From Monocercomonoides exilis PA203 (Eukaryota; Protista; Preaxostyla), in contig LSRY02000010.1 in the NCBI GenBank assembly GCA_001643675.2, positions 310,001-374,000 on the forward strand: a stretch of DNA of 64,000 nucleotides. The letters run 5' to 3'. Of this stretch, positions 36,510 through 49,952 are shown in pieces (the stretch's first letter is position 1; each line of letters begins with the position of its first letter). The position numbers and the translations under genes were made by a program. The notes beneath the pieces were generated by a model, which was not told the DNA's origin, did not search any database, and worked only from the letters and a program-made list of their open reading frames with translations.

Positions 36510-37433
36510 ATGAATGCTTTTCTTTTTGGAATCGGTCTTATCATACAATTTAAAGTTACAGCAAGTGACTTAATACATTTAAATCAGAAATCTTTTCAAA
36601 GAGAAGTCCTTGAAAAAGAAAATACATTTTTTATAAGTTTGAGGAAAAAATGTTAATGTTAATGTTAATGATTTAAATTATTATCTTTTAAAGTATTTCA
36701 CGGAATAAATTGTCCTGCATGTCATCAAGCAATGCCTGCAATGGAAAAGCTTGCAAGTAATATGCGAGATATCGGTATAAAAGTTGGAGCTGTTGATGTT
36801 GGAATTTGTCCTGCACTAGCAGCAACATATCAAACATATACAATACCTCAATTTATTCTTTTTCGTCCAAACAAAGATCCTTTGCTGTACACACGAGATC
36901 GTACAGCAAAGGCAATGGGAAAATATATTTTGAAGCATCAAGTTGGAAAAAAGCAAGTTGCACTTCTTGAAGACAATAAGTCGATTGATAAATTTTTCAA
37001 TGTAACAAGCAAAATTCCAAGAATACTTCTTTTATCATCAAAGCCTACTGTTCCACCAATCTTTAAAGAGGCTTGCTTCAAGCAGCGAAAAGGACTTAAA
37101 TGTGGTTTTGTGGGTAAAAACTTCAACTCATTGGAATCTGTATCTGAACGTTTGAACAAAATTGGGAATTTCAACCTTTCAGAAGTGAAGTATCCTTCTT
37201 TGTTAGCAATTTCTGAAGTGGAAAATAGCAATGAACATTTTCAGCATAGAATTGAGTCATTTAAAGGTGATATATCATTTGATGATGTTTTTAAATTTAT
37301 GCAATCTCATTCAAATGAAATGCAATGGAAAATTGAAGAAGGAAATAAGGAAAAGGATGAAAAGAAATTGTTGACAAACGAACAAACAAACGCAACAACC
37401 GCGGGAATTGATGGAGTTAAAAATGATTTGTGA
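36510..37433 (+). CDS. Thioredoxin-fold ER protein (PDI-like); spliced
   Basis: Signal-like N-terminus, LNQKSFQREVL, CPAC active site, VGAVD, C-terminal KNDL. Confidence 0.78.
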
Positions 37434-37674
37434 TGCAAAAACATTTGCGTTTTTCTGGTATGTTTTAGTATTCATGGTGATTCATAACTTAATTTTGTTG
37501 ATTTATATTTTTTTCGTGAATCATTTCATTTGTGGCGATCCTTTTTCAATCATTGTTTCTTTCTCCCTTATAAAATGATTTTGAGAAGGGCTGTTTAATA
37601 AAAGGTTAAAAATTTGAAAATGAGAAGTATTTTTTAAACCCACAGTTGATTTCATTTTGATCTAATTTTGCAAC

Positions 37675-38350
37675 ATGGTTTGTTTACTGTTTTATTGAAG
37701 AACATATTTCATTGTATTGTATGTGAATTTCATTCTAAAATAAAACTGTTTTTGGATAAATGCATTTTTGCCAAAGGCTGCACCACCAACAACTGAACAA
37801 TTGAAAGAAGCATTTTATCTTTTTGATAACGATAAAGATGGAGAAGCTCCATGGCAAGATTTACAAATAGGTAAAATATAATGTTGTTTTGTCTAATGTT
37901 ATTTAAATGTTGTTTTATCAGGCATGAACGCTTTAGGATTCACTCCAACACCTGACCAAATATCTGCATGCTTCAAGCAGGCTAAAGTGGATCCAAACAA
38001 ACCCATGAAGCAAATGGATTTCATTCATCTTATGCAAGAAGTTGTAAAGTTACCAAGTGATGAACCTGCACTTTTAGAGGCCTTTAAAGTATTTGACAGG
38101 GAACACACTGGATTTGTTAACATCGCAGACTTAAGAAAAGTAATGGAAAGTATTCCCGATCGTCTAGAAGATGCGCAGATTGATGCAATGATGAAAGAAG
38201 CAGGTTTGTATTTTGTTTGCATTAATAGATAAAAAAATATTTTTGATTCAATTTTAATTTTTCACAAATGTTAAATTTATTGCAGATGATGGAACAGGAA
38301 AAATTGAATATGCAAATTTTGTGAAAGTTATGATTGGACAACCTAAATAA
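37675..38350 (+). CDS. Calmodulin/myosin-light-chain-like EF-hand protein; 3 introns
   Basis: EQLKEAFYLFDNDKDG, EAFKVFDREHTGFV, DDGTGKIEYANFV; ATG-only first exon. Confidence 0.85.
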
Positions 38351-38809
38351 AATGATTATGTTGAATGAATTGTTTGATTTGATCAATTTTGGTAAGTTTT
38401 TTAATTTCTATCAAATTTCAAAAAATAAGAATAATAAATCCAGTGGAATTTTTTGAATTACATTTTTATTTTTATAAAGAGAATTTTAGTATGTTTATTA
38501 AAGTGATGAAATATCGTAAATTAAAGGAAACTTTTTATTATTAAAATCAGTTTCGAAATTTTTGACGAGTGGAAAAACACAACTTTAATAAACAACTTAG
38601 AAAGTGGGAACAAAACGTCCACTTGAAAAAGACTTTTATTGAATTATTTTTTTTAAGAAAATTCAGTAATAAGTTATAATAAATTTATTGTTGTGGTGAA
38701 TGAAAAGAAATGAAATTGTTTGAAGACAAAAAAATCCTAAACTTTATTTGAAAGGTAAAAATTGAAAATTGGGAAAAAAAAATTACATTGGATACTCATT
38801 TTCAAATGC

Positions 38810-39200
38810 AGATTAACCATCTCCTGCTTCTTAACTGCTGCAACTGCTGCTGGAATCAGAGTCTTCCACAAAGGTGGTCATTGAATCATCTTCTTTCTTA
38901 GTGACACTTGATTCATCATCGCATCCTTTATCAACGGTTGGAAGTGTGTTCATAATTTTTTTCAACATAATTTGTGAAAGAATAGTTCAATGATGAATGA
39001 AACATGAAATGTGCAATGAAATCATCAAAGAATTTTTTGTTTTATTTATTTTTATTTTTTTTTTTTGAATTTTCGAATAAAAGAATGAGGTTCCATCAAA
39101 ACGCTTTTAACTTTGAAGTATTTTGAACATCATTATTGTTGCATTGTCTCTGAATTGGAGTGAAAAACCATTTTTTCTTGTGCTTCGAACATCGTTAATC
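38810..39200 (-). pseudogene. Probable 3' remnant of an older Merlin transposase
   Basis: Degenerate CNNNDVQN..KL, FDDFIAHF and an acidic tail, paralleling the C-terminus of the 16-17 kb copy. Confidence 0.4.
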
Positions 39201-39539
39201 CTTCATTTTATGTATGTTTCCGATAAGTTCGATGAAATAACTTGAAAAACAAGAGAAAGTTTAATTTATATGTGTGATTATTTTTGAAAACATTTGGCAA
39301 GTTCCAAGTATATGGACCATCGATAAAAAAATTTTTATATATTTTTATCGAAACAAAATGGAATATTAATTTATTTAAAATTAGTTGTTTTTGTCGAAAA
39401 AGTGTTTTTAACAATTTTCCATTTTTCTTTTGATCTATCCCATAACATTTTCTTGTTTTTAACAGGTTTGAAATATTTGTTTATTGTTCGAAATAAACTA
39501 TATTCGAACTTTAATGTTATTTGGATAGAATAAAAATCG

Positions 39540-40010
39540 ATTATCCTTTTTGTTGCTTAAATTGTTGAACGATGTATCCGCTTTGCAAATTAACAGCATT
39601 GTTCATTTGTATCGGGCATCAATAGATAATCACAGAGAAATCAAGAAGAAATGTGTTTATGCATTGAGAAAAGCAACAGAAAGCAGAGCTGGGAAAGCTG
39701 AAGACTTTTGGAATATGGAGCAGTTGACACTGTTTTGGAAGAGATTGAGCGACCAGCATTGAAGGACAAAATTGCACAAGTATACTCGTTATTTTTGTGT
39801 TCGTTGCAAGAACATTGAAAGGAAATAAGAGAGATGAAACGGAAGAAGTGAAAAGAAAGACATCCAAAAAGAAGACATGTAATGGATGGAAGAATAAAAA
39901 AACGAAGATTGCGTCATCTGGTTGCTCCATTACATTGGTCGAGAATTATTTGGCAATTCTAATTTGATAAAGAATTATTCAGATTTCTTTTTCTATATTT
40001 CTTAATTTAA
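39540..40010 (+). pseudogene. 3' fragment of a lineage-specific expanded helical protein family (Merlin cargo)
   Basis: INSIVHLYRASIDNHREIKKKCVYALR matches VESIIQIYRASRDNHKEINEWCI of the 48-49 kb copy. Confidence 0.6.
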
Positions 40011-40499
40011 TAAATGAATATACACTCCATCTTTTGATATTTCCATTTAGTTATTATTCTTGTTAAAGGCATATTCACTCGAGAAATAAAAGAACTGTGA
40101 TTTGCATAATAGATGAAAGTGTTTTCTCAAAAAATATCAAGAATTATTACGAAAAATGAACATTTGAAATAAAGGAATCTTTTAAAAAATAAGAAATGAA
40201 AAAAAAATCGATAGAGAAAGAATCAATCCTATCGTAATTTTCTGTTTTATGGAGAAAAGAAAAATTAAACGCTTCTAAAAAACAATCAAATGAAAGAAAA
40301 ACTCATTCAATTCACAAAAATTCTGGGCTTGCAAAACTGAAACTTATTGAGGAAAATAATGGAGAATAAAAAACACTGGTTTGTTATTTCAAACTTCATC
40401 AGATATTTGAGTTCCAAAGTAAAATTCCTCTTTCTTCTTCAGATATTCACGAAATAATCGGAAATATTCAACGACAAACCACAATCATAACTTCTTTAA

Positions 40500-41851
40500 A
40501 AAATCTCTAAAGCTTCATGAAAGCTTGTGATGATATCTTCAAACCCATCTTCTTTTATGTTAACATGCATTTCCATTTTCATTATCTTTCTTTCTGCCTA
40601 TTCCTTTTTATCCTTCTCCTCTTCTTTAAGTCTTTCAGAAATATTCAAAAAGAATCTTTAGCATTCAAGCACTTTTTTGTAATCCATCGTTCACATTTGA
40701 ATCTTCTCTGAAACAGCATCAACTGCTCCACCTTTCCACAAGAAATCAACCTGCACTGATATATCACCTGCTGCTGCTGTCAAAAATATCTTCATGCACA
40801 TCCCGCTGATTTCTCCATTATTCTCCTTTGCAGCTCGAAATGAATCCCCAAGACTGCTCAAAAGTACCACAAATTCTTCTTTCCATAACTTGCATCGAAA
40901 AGCGCGAAAAGAAAAATTCATCATCCCCAACAATCTCAATAAAACAACCTCTTCTTTTGCTTCTTTTCTGTTCATTTCTTCTTTTTTTCATCTCCTAGTC
41001 AATGCATCTTGTCAACTCTTTCACTTCTCTCATTGCCTCTCTCACTAAATGCTGTTCATTCACAGCAACTCCTTCCAAATTTCTATCTTTGATAAATCTA
41101 TTAACGAAAAACATCCAAGCATAATGATGAGCAAGTCATGTTTGATTTCTGTGTTTCTGTTGACGTTTGATGATTTCTGTAATTTCCTTCAAATATATGT
41201 CTTGTTCAACTTTCTTATGAAAAATAGTGAAAAAAAACATTCACATCAATTAATGAACAAAAAATATTCTATAACTCAATCAATGAGAAAATCACACGTT
41301 GATCATCTCATTATTGCTCAAAGCCAACATAGCCATTTCTACTATCTCTTGTGCTTCCTTTATTTTCTCTTTCTTCATCGCAACTTTCAGAAGGCAATCC
41401 CTGGTGATTGCAAGCATTATTCTTTCCATAAGCCCGTCTTCCATGAATAAATAGCCTTCTCAAAGATCTGCAATTTGATTTTCATTCTTTTCTTCTTTCT
41501 TCTTTTCTTCATCAATAACCTTCTTCTCAAATCTTTCGTTTCACGAAGATTCTTCAAAACCATTAACCCAAGCATTTTTCAAAGTTTTGCAATATCCAAC
41601 ATGCTTTTACAACAAGGTTGCATACTCCATTGACATTTTCTTTTCTTTAATCATTTAATTAATATATTCAAACATTTCATCATTGAAAACAAAACGCAAC
41701 TTAAAATTATTCATTCAATCAATCATTTCATTCATTTCTTCGATCCTCTGTTTCTGTTCGGCTTCAGTAAATTCTTCAGTTGAGAAAGTTTCTCTTTTGA
41801 AATTGAAAAATCTGAAAAAGTTAAAAAACATTCATTTGTAAATTTAACCAT
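40500..41851 (-). pseudogene. Near full-length decayed copy of the same expanded family (Merlin cargo)
   Basis: EQKQRIEEMNE, KEAKEEVVLLRLL, FRAAKENNGEISGMC, KGGAVDAV; multiple frameshifts. Confidence 0.7.
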
Positions 41852-42169
41852 TCTTTCTCAGAAATTCTGGCAAACCCAGAAATGTTTGTCTTTTTGAAGG
41901 TGACTGCAAAATTGAAAATTGAATCAAAAATAACAAATAAATTCATTTTCTAAATATTCATTGAATATAAACATCAAAAGAATTTATTTCATCAAATCAG
42001 TCATTCAATAACACATGAATCCAAACGTCTTCATTTTTCATCAATGATTTTTGCCTCAAAATAAGCAAATAGTAGAATTAAAAAAAAATTCTTCTGATGG
42101 AGTAAATAAATAAGGGAGACAAACCTATAATTATTTCAATGAAGTTTTTTTATTGGTGATTTGCAGCAG

Positions 42170-43900
42170 CCAGGGCATGTTTGAGCTACTATTGAGCACG
42201 ACTACAGATGCAATCATGCGAGTTATAACACGGCAGAAGAATGGGGATTTTGTTTGCAGATGGAGGAGCGAGTGGCTGTTTGCATCGATTGTTTGCTAAA
42301 AAGAAGTTGGTGGAGGAAAATTGCATGAAATTTGAACTTGGTTGTATATTGCAAAACATGTGACGCAACATCGGATGTGATATTTTGTATGGAAAAACTT
42401 TCAAGCAAGATTCAAAAAAGCGAGGAGAATTTCAGAAAGTTTGAATTGAACCGCTTGTTCATTTCGAGGGAAATGTGTCTCACTTGGCATTTCTTTTACT
42501 CAGGATTTGTTTAACATGGTTTTTTGGGCTGAAGGTTTGTTTTGTGGAAAAGGAAAGAAAATTGAGGGGTTGGACAATGGAAGAAGCGAGTTGAACGAAG
42601 AACTCAGCAGGCCTCAATTACAATCTCATTTGCATTTTGCACGAATCCTGCTGGTATGCTATCAGCAAAGACTTGTCGTTGAATTGGGTTTTGAAAAGGA
42701 GTTCATTTCTTTATCATTTGGAAAATATAATCTTTCACTTGCATTATTACCTACTTCATAAAGGATTCTATGAACAAGAAAGCCAGCTGGGTTGATAATT
42801 ACCAATCCATTGGAGATAGGATAATATTTCAAGGACAAAAAGATGGTTTGACTTTTTTTGTTTTGTTCATTTTTCTTTTAAGATGTTCTTTGAATGAATA
42901 CAGATTGGTTACGAACAGGAATACCGCAAAGAGAGGGAAGCCATTTTATTTTTTTTCAAAAGATTCAGAAGTTTTGAGATTATCCCTGTTTGGATTGCAT
43001 TCAACAATAACATTCGTGACTTCTGTCATCTGTCTTGCATGTTACATAACCAGACAACGCTTAACATGAGCTTTCAAGAAAGAGAAAAGCAGTTCGCTTT
43101 TTTTATTTGTTGAAAGTGTTTGGCAGAAGTGACTCTTTTGTGGGATGTGATGAACTGGTTAAACATTCTCCTTCAACAATGCCATCATCATCGTCTCATT
43201 AATCAACTCCTCAAATAATGCCTTCTTCAGCTTCACAATCTGCATCTCAGTTTTATTCAAAAAGCGCTTCGTCATAACCTGATCTTCAACATTTATCAGT
43301 AGTACTTGATAACCCCACTAAATCTGATGAAATGTAAACTTCTTATTCTTCTTCTTCTTCTTCTTCTCTTTCTCTTTCTGTTCCTGTTCCTTTGAATGTG
43401 AATGTCAATGTGAACGCAAGTATTCCAATACCAACCCCTCTTCCATTGCCATCTCAGCAGCCATCTTCATTGCATCCACCAGCACAGACACCAATGGCTC
43501 AGCATTATCCTCCTCAGCCTGCTTCTTCTTCTTCTCGTCTTCAACTTCACATTCAAACATCAACCTCTGTTGTTTCCTCTTCTTCTCCTCCTTCTCCTTC
43601 TGCAGATGTTGTTATTAGCCGACAAACACAAATGCAGCGTTCTCCACTGGCTGCTTCGCCTGTTCAGCAAAAGGGTTCAATGGCTTCTTCCTCTTCCTCT
43701 TCTTCCTCTTCCTCTTCTTCTTCCTCCTCCTCCTCCTTCTTCTTCTTCTCCTCCTCCTCCTCCTTCCACTTCTTCTTCTTCTTCTTCTTCTTCTTACTCT
43801 TCCTTCTCATTATCCTCTTCATGTGTAACTCGCTCCTCTTTATTAACCAACATAAAGATGATCGTATTCTCCAGGAAAAAATATCACTTCTCCATCCTTT
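42170..43900 (+). pseudogene. Unidentified decayed coding fragments (possible UBR-box-like piece; Ser/Pro low-complexity piece) within the Merlin element
   Basis: VYCKTCDATSDVIFCME fragment; coding-like composition with stops; poly-Ser tract at 43680-43800. Confidence 0.3.
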
Positions 43901-44032
43901 TTTTTGATACATTTTTCTTTTCAATTTTTGTATATCAAATCATTCATCCAACCTTCTTCAAGTCACTTCACTTTGGTCATCTCTTCAATGTTAAAAAAAT
44001 AATAATAAACTTCTTATTGTTTTATCAAATGT

Positions 44033-44926
44033 TTAATGGATGATGTGTTTCAAAAACAAATTAGAAAAAGAAACACAAAAATCCCAAAATCGGTGTTGAG
44101 TGCTTGTTTTGTATGAAAACGAGGATAAATATGAAGAGATGTCCTTGTCTTGTATGCCTGTGCAAGGCAGAAAACGGCGAAGACGACTCCAATATGCTTC
44201 AATCGCGTTGGTGCAACAGTTTGTTTCTTTATCCCTAAAGCATTTTTTGTGATTGACAGTTAAATGTTTGAAACCTTCTTTTTTTATTTTGCTATATCCC
44301 TTCCATTCGTCGCTCCATACTGTTGTTCCAGCATGTAAATGTCTTCTTAACACTCCGGTCAAGCATATCGATGATCGATCGTCCACTTTTTTTAAAAAAG
44401 ATTTAGGATTTTTGATATTTGATTCAATTCCGCCCACTATCCAAATTTGTTTTTTTGGTTTTCCTTTCCGATATTTTCTTCTTCTTAGTAACATTTCATC
44501 AACTTGAACAGTGTAATTATTTCCTCCAATTCTTCTGTTTTTTCCTTTAATCATTTCATGTGCTGCCTTGCGAAATAGATTAAAAAGAATGCAAATAGTG
44601 TTGCAGCTTGCTCCAGTTAAAAAAGATGTGCGCATCACATCGACATTAATCCACCACAGCAGCATGATTTTCATATAAGTGGAAATCAATAATTTCGAAT
44701 TCGAAAAAATTGAATTGTGTCTGATTGAAAGGAATCGACATCTGCATTTGCATTTGACTATGTTTTTCGCACAATAGACGATTCTTGGTAACTTCTTGCA
44801 TTTTGTGCACGTATTTGCTGCTGGTAATAATCTATGCAACAACAGCAATTCAATTGTCTTTCTCTCGTTGGAAAAGGATTTCAACAGCGAAGATATATCT
44901 TTTTTTGAATCACGAAAAATTGGCAT
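44033..44926 (-). CDS. Merlin/ISXO2-like DDE transposase, intact
   Basis: CTKC...CKC zinc ribbon, VQVDEM, RRKYRKG, VWSDEWKGY, HLTVNH, CTNAIEAYW; first ATG at 44926. Confidence 0.92.
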   Translation of the reverse strand: MPIFRDSKKDISSLLKSFSNERKTIELLLLHRLLPAANTCTKCKKLPRIVYCAKNIVKCKCRCRFLSIRHNSIFSNSKLLISTYMKIMLLWWINVDVMRTSFLTGASCNTICILFNLFRKAAHEMIKGKNRRIGGNNYTVQVDEMLLRRRKYRKGKPKKQIWIVGGIESNIKNPKSFLKKVDDRSSICLTGVLRRHLHAGTTVWSDEWKGYSKIKKEGFKHLTVNHKKCFRDKETNCCTNAIEAYWSRLRRFLPCTGIQDKDISSYLSSFSYKTSTQHRFWDFCVSFSNLFLKHIIH

Positions 44927-46225
44927 AAAACTTGTATCAAATAATTTTTCACAAAATCCTCTTAAATATCGAATAAACCAATATTTCAAACCTGTTAAAA
45001 ACAAGAAAATGTTATGGGATAGATCAAAAGAAAAATGGAAAATTGTTAAAAACACTTTTTCGACAAAAACAACTAATTTTAAATAAATTAATATTCCATT
45101 TTGTTTCGATAAAAATATATAAAAATTTTTTTATCGATGGTCCATATACTTGGAACTTGCCAAACATTTCTTTTTCGGTGTGTTGTTTTTTCAAAGATTG
45201 TTGGTTTTTTAAAAGAAAATTTTTATTCAAAAGAGAAAAAGCATGACAATTGTTTTTTAAACAACCAATGGTTTTTCCGAATCAAAGATTAAAATGTTTT
45301 CAATTTGCCTTTTCACTTTTCAATTGTTTTTTATTTGTATTCTTGAAATATTTTTGCACCGAAATTTTTGTATGAAGAAATATGATTTCAAAAATAATCA
45401 CCCAAATATTCAAAAAATGGGGGAAATTATAGATTTTCAAGCTTTTTTTTGCACAAATCATGAAAACATTTATTCATTCATAAATTATTTTTCATAGCTT
45501 TCTCCAATTTTAATATAAATTGGATTTTAACATATGAGAACAGGTGTTATTGTTATTATAACATTATGCTTTGTGACTTCACACTGATTTCAAAAAATGA
45601 ACATAGTTTCAACGTATTATTTGTATATAAAGAGTTTCGAAAAAACATGTAATTTTTCAATGAAAATGCCTGAAGTGTGATATTTTGCACCATATAAATT
45701 GTAATTTTGAAATTCATATTTTTTTGAACAAATAATTCGGTTGTATAATTTTGGTTAAAATTTTTGTTTTTGAACACAGAAAAGTGACAACTCCAGTAAA
45801 ATAAACCATCTCTGTCTATTTTTATCATCAAATATTGACTTTTTTGATCAATAGGAATTAATTTGATTCTTCACTGACAAATTCATTGTCAATTTCATTT
45901 AATTTTCATAATAATCATCTCTACGAAAAAGGTTATGATTTCAAAAATATTTACCCATATTGAAAAAAAAGTGAAATTTGAAAAGTATTGTTAATCGGAT
46001 CGGTTGTGAAGTCAGCGACTGTCAATCGAGTTAATATCTGACAAAGGAGAAATTTCAATTAAATTTGTGAAGCATAATAAAGTGTGAAGAAAAAAATTAT
46101 GAGAATAAAATTATAAAATTTTTGATTTATATAACGAAAATTTAAAAAATCTGTTAAAATAAATTATTAAAAAAAAAAACAAATGCTAACGTGGATTTTC
46201 TATAACAGATTGTGCACAAAATTCT

Positions 46226-46543
46226 GGACAAGATCGATTTCACAATAACCACTCTAAGAGAAAATCGGATAAATTTCTTCAAAATAATTCTTATCAACAC
46301 AAACTCATTTGATATACGAGATTTTCAAAATAGCTTCATTAGTGCTCAGAGAAAATTGAAATCGAAATCTTTGAGAAATGAGATTTTGAGTTCCTCCGAG
46401 ATTTTAAAAATAATTTTCTCTGAGCACTAATGAAGCTATTTTGAAAATCTCGTATATCAAATGAGTTTGTGTTGATAAGAATTATTTTGAAGAAATTTAT
46501 CCGATTTTCTCTTAGAGTGGTTATTGTGAAATCGATCTTGTCC
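46226..46543. repeat. Perfect inverted repeat, 132-bp arms with a 54-bp spacer
   Basis: 46226-46357 is the exact reverse complement of 46412-46543; imperfect extension to ~46205/46564. Confidence 0.95.
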
Positions 46544-48249
46544 GGTTTTTTGTGCGATATCTGTATTTTTTGAAATAACCAAAATTGATATGGATTTTCA
46601 CTAATTGACGGATGTGACGAAAATTTTCTTCTCTGGAATACATGTTTATAGACCTGTGCGACAAGTGGCAATTTTTGTCACCAACTGACATATGTGACCG
46701 ACATGTTCATTTTTTCAGATCACAACCTTAAATATTTTAAAATTTCATGTTTCAGAAAAAAAATTTTCAAACAGTTGATAAATAACACTCATTTCAAAGC
46801 AAATAATAACTATCAAAAAAAAGAGAAAGAATTTTGGAATGAAAAAGAGAAAAAAATCATAAACTGAATTTTTGTCTCATTTATTAAGTTATTAATGGTT
46901 TAGTGACAAGATCAGTGAAACTTGGATTTTTGAAAGCCACTGGAAGTCACTTCTGTCACTGACGTCACCTCCCGTCAGTTAAATAAATGGGTTTGAAAAA
47001 GGAACACAAAAGCATATTAGCCTATTTTGCTTTGGAAAAGTATTTGATTTTGCTTTCTTGTCAGTTATTGCCATAATTTTTCAATTATACTTATTGAACC
47101 TTTCTTTTTCATTAAAAGAAGCAAATGCAAGCTTTAAAAAAGGTGACATTGAACATAAATAGCAGTGTATTTTTTGTTTCTGAAAAGAAGTTGGTTAAAG
47201 TCATGTATACTTTTTCACTATTTGATTATTCACTATTTGATTTTCTTGTTATGTCTTTTGCTTCATAAATTAAAAATATTTTAATAGAGAAAGAACTAAT
47301 ATAAAATATTTTGATTCCTATCCTTTTAAGTTTCGAGGTTTTGTCATGAATAGCAACACAATTGCAGATGAAAAATGGATTATTATGAAGAAAAACCACA
47401 AGAATCTCCTTTACCAAAATAGAGAGTAACATGAATATTTTATTGTGAACAAATCAGGTGTATATTCTTCAAGAAGTGATTTGAATTATTCTCACGAATG
47501 AATAAATTCATAATTTTAATAAAAAACGATCCTCAATGGTTGTCATGATTATTTATGTTTGAATGCTTAATGACTCCATGATATCTCTGAAATAGTTCTT
47601 TTTTTTACGTCAACCATGATATATTATGTTAATAGTCACAATTAAAGGAATATTGAGAATTTTTCGAAATCATCGTTTAACCGTTCTGATTTCTCAACTC
47701 CTAAAGTTTGAAACGCAATCGCCTTTTCTTTTTTACTTTTTTCTAGTAATCATAAAAGCAAATCTTTGATCTCGCTTTCACTCCAGCCTGATTATTTTTG
47801 AAAACATATTGATAATATGAATTTTAAGAAAAACACAGAAAAAAACAATACAAGTGAATAAAACCAAAGAGATTCTACATGACACATTGAAATTATTAAT
47901 TGAGAGGGGAAGAACAGCTGGAAAAAATGAAAAAAATACGAAGCATTCGTGATTGATATTTTTGATGAAGAAAGAAGTATATAATCCTCAGAAAAAGCTT
48001 TCCAAAGGCTATAAGACAAAACAGAGCAGTCATATAAGACTAACTTTTGATTCACTTTGAATGTGTGTTCAAATTTCGTTTCTTTTTTTCGAAATAATAA
48101 AAAAAAGAATTTCATGAAGACCTTCAATGGTTATTATTACTGTGAAATTAAAAAAAAAATAGAATGATAAAATGTTTGAGCAACAAAATTAAAGTGTTTT
48201 ATTAACCATCAATATTCATAAAATATCAAGAGATATACTTCAATAATTA

Positions 48250-49520
48250 ATGAATATTGAAACAATTGATGTGATTAAATAGAAAATTTTCATGAGTACA
48301 TGAGATTTAATCTTCGTAACCTTCTTCTTCCATTTTTTCAAATACTTTCCTTTTCATTATCTTTCTTTTCTCTTCTTTCATTTCGCCTTTATCCTCCTTT
48401 TTCTTCAGTCGCCTTGAAATCAAACGAAAAAAAGCCACGCATTCATTTTCTGGCAGATCGTTCAATATTTGTTGATGAATCGCATCCAGAACAATATTAA
48501 CAACACAGCAATTCTGAAACTCATCAATTCCCATGAATCCGTTTCCTGACATTTGAATAAATATGAAAATGCACCACTCATTTATTTCTTTGTGATTATC
48601 CCTTGATGCTCGATATATCTGAATGATACTTTCAACAACCTCATTAATTTCTTCACTCCTCAATCTACAATGGTCAAAATAAAGCTCCAACACTCAAAGC
48701 CATCTCATCAAAATAAGTTCTTCTTTCGTTTCTTTTTCTCTTTCCTCTTCTTTCTCTCTCTTCCAATCCACACATTTCATCAGCTCTTCCAATTCTCTTT
48801 TTGCCTCTCTTCCAAAATGAACAATATTTGTAATTACTCCTTCTAAGCCTTTCTCATTGTGAAATCTGTCTATCAAAAACTGCCAAGCCGATTGATATGC
48901 AAGTCGTGTCAAATTATGATGTTCCTGATGATATTTGACAACCTCAGTCATTTCATTAGATAACATCTCTTCATTTTTTCCCTATAAAAAAATAAGTGGA
49001 AAAAATAAATTTTGTTTGAATTGATAAAGAAGAATTCAAACCCAAAAACTACATTTGCTCAAAGAAAATAATGCCATTTCCACTTCTTTTCGTGTTCCTT
49101 TGCTTTCCTTTTTCTTCAACGCGATTTTCAGAATATGTCGCAAACAAATTGAAAGCAATTCCTGAGAAACCCACTTGTTCAATAAAAGAATACAATTGCA
49201 AAGATCAATCAGAAGTTTTTTATTCATTCCTTCTTTTTTCTTTTTCCTCTTCAATAATCATCTTCTCAAATATTCTGTTGAACTGAGATTCTTCAAAGAA
49301 TGGATTCCACAAAATTTTCATCACATTGCAGTATCAAGCATGCTTCAGCAGCAAAATCGCTATTTCATATTGTGTTTTCTTTTCTTCAATCATTTTATGA
49401 ATTTTGTTGAACAATTCGTTTTAAAAAAACAGATATGAATTCTCTTTCATCCATTTCATTTATCATTTTTTTCATTTCTTCGAATTTTTGTTTTCGCTTA
49501 TCAGAAAATCCACTGCTGTA
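48250..49520 (-). pseudogene. Decayed copy of the expanded helical protein family (hAT-like cargo)
   Basis: KYHQEHHNLTRLAYQSAWQFL, KCVDWKR, VFEKMEEEGYED; in-frame stops. Confidence 0.75.
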
Positions 49521-49949
49521 CTGGGAAAACAATTCTGAACAAAATAATTGGAAACAATTAATTAAAATTATCAATGCGAATGCAAATGCAACAGTAAGTT
49601 CACACCTTTTAAAATTAATCGATTGTTTTCAACTTCTGAGTTCAAACAAAAATATTTCTTTCGTATCAAATAATCAAATGAATGGAAAAAAGAAACAAAA
49701 GAAATTAAAGAAACTTAATGTCTGAATCCTCAATAACAATATCTTTGCTCATACAACTCTTCTCTGCACATGGTTCAGTCAACAAGAAATTATTCAAAAA
49801 CGTATTTCATCAATTCATTATGTTATAATGGGACATATGATCTTCAAATGATTGTGAATATAATTATCAGAAAATATAATAGAAATTAAAGTATGTGTGC
49901 AATATATTGATTTTTAACTTATAACTATTTTAAATTTTTATATAAATTT

Positions 49950-49952
<3 letters not shown>

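Larger units (their letters stand above)
39296..45161 (-). mobile_element. Large Merlin DNA transposon (5,866 bp) with 190-bp TIRs, 8-bp TSD AAACATTT and internal cargo
   Basis: TIRs 39296-39485 and 44972-45161 (GGCAAGTTCC..., 1 mismatch seen); TSD at 39288-39295 and 45162-45169; transposase inside. Confidence 0.92.
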
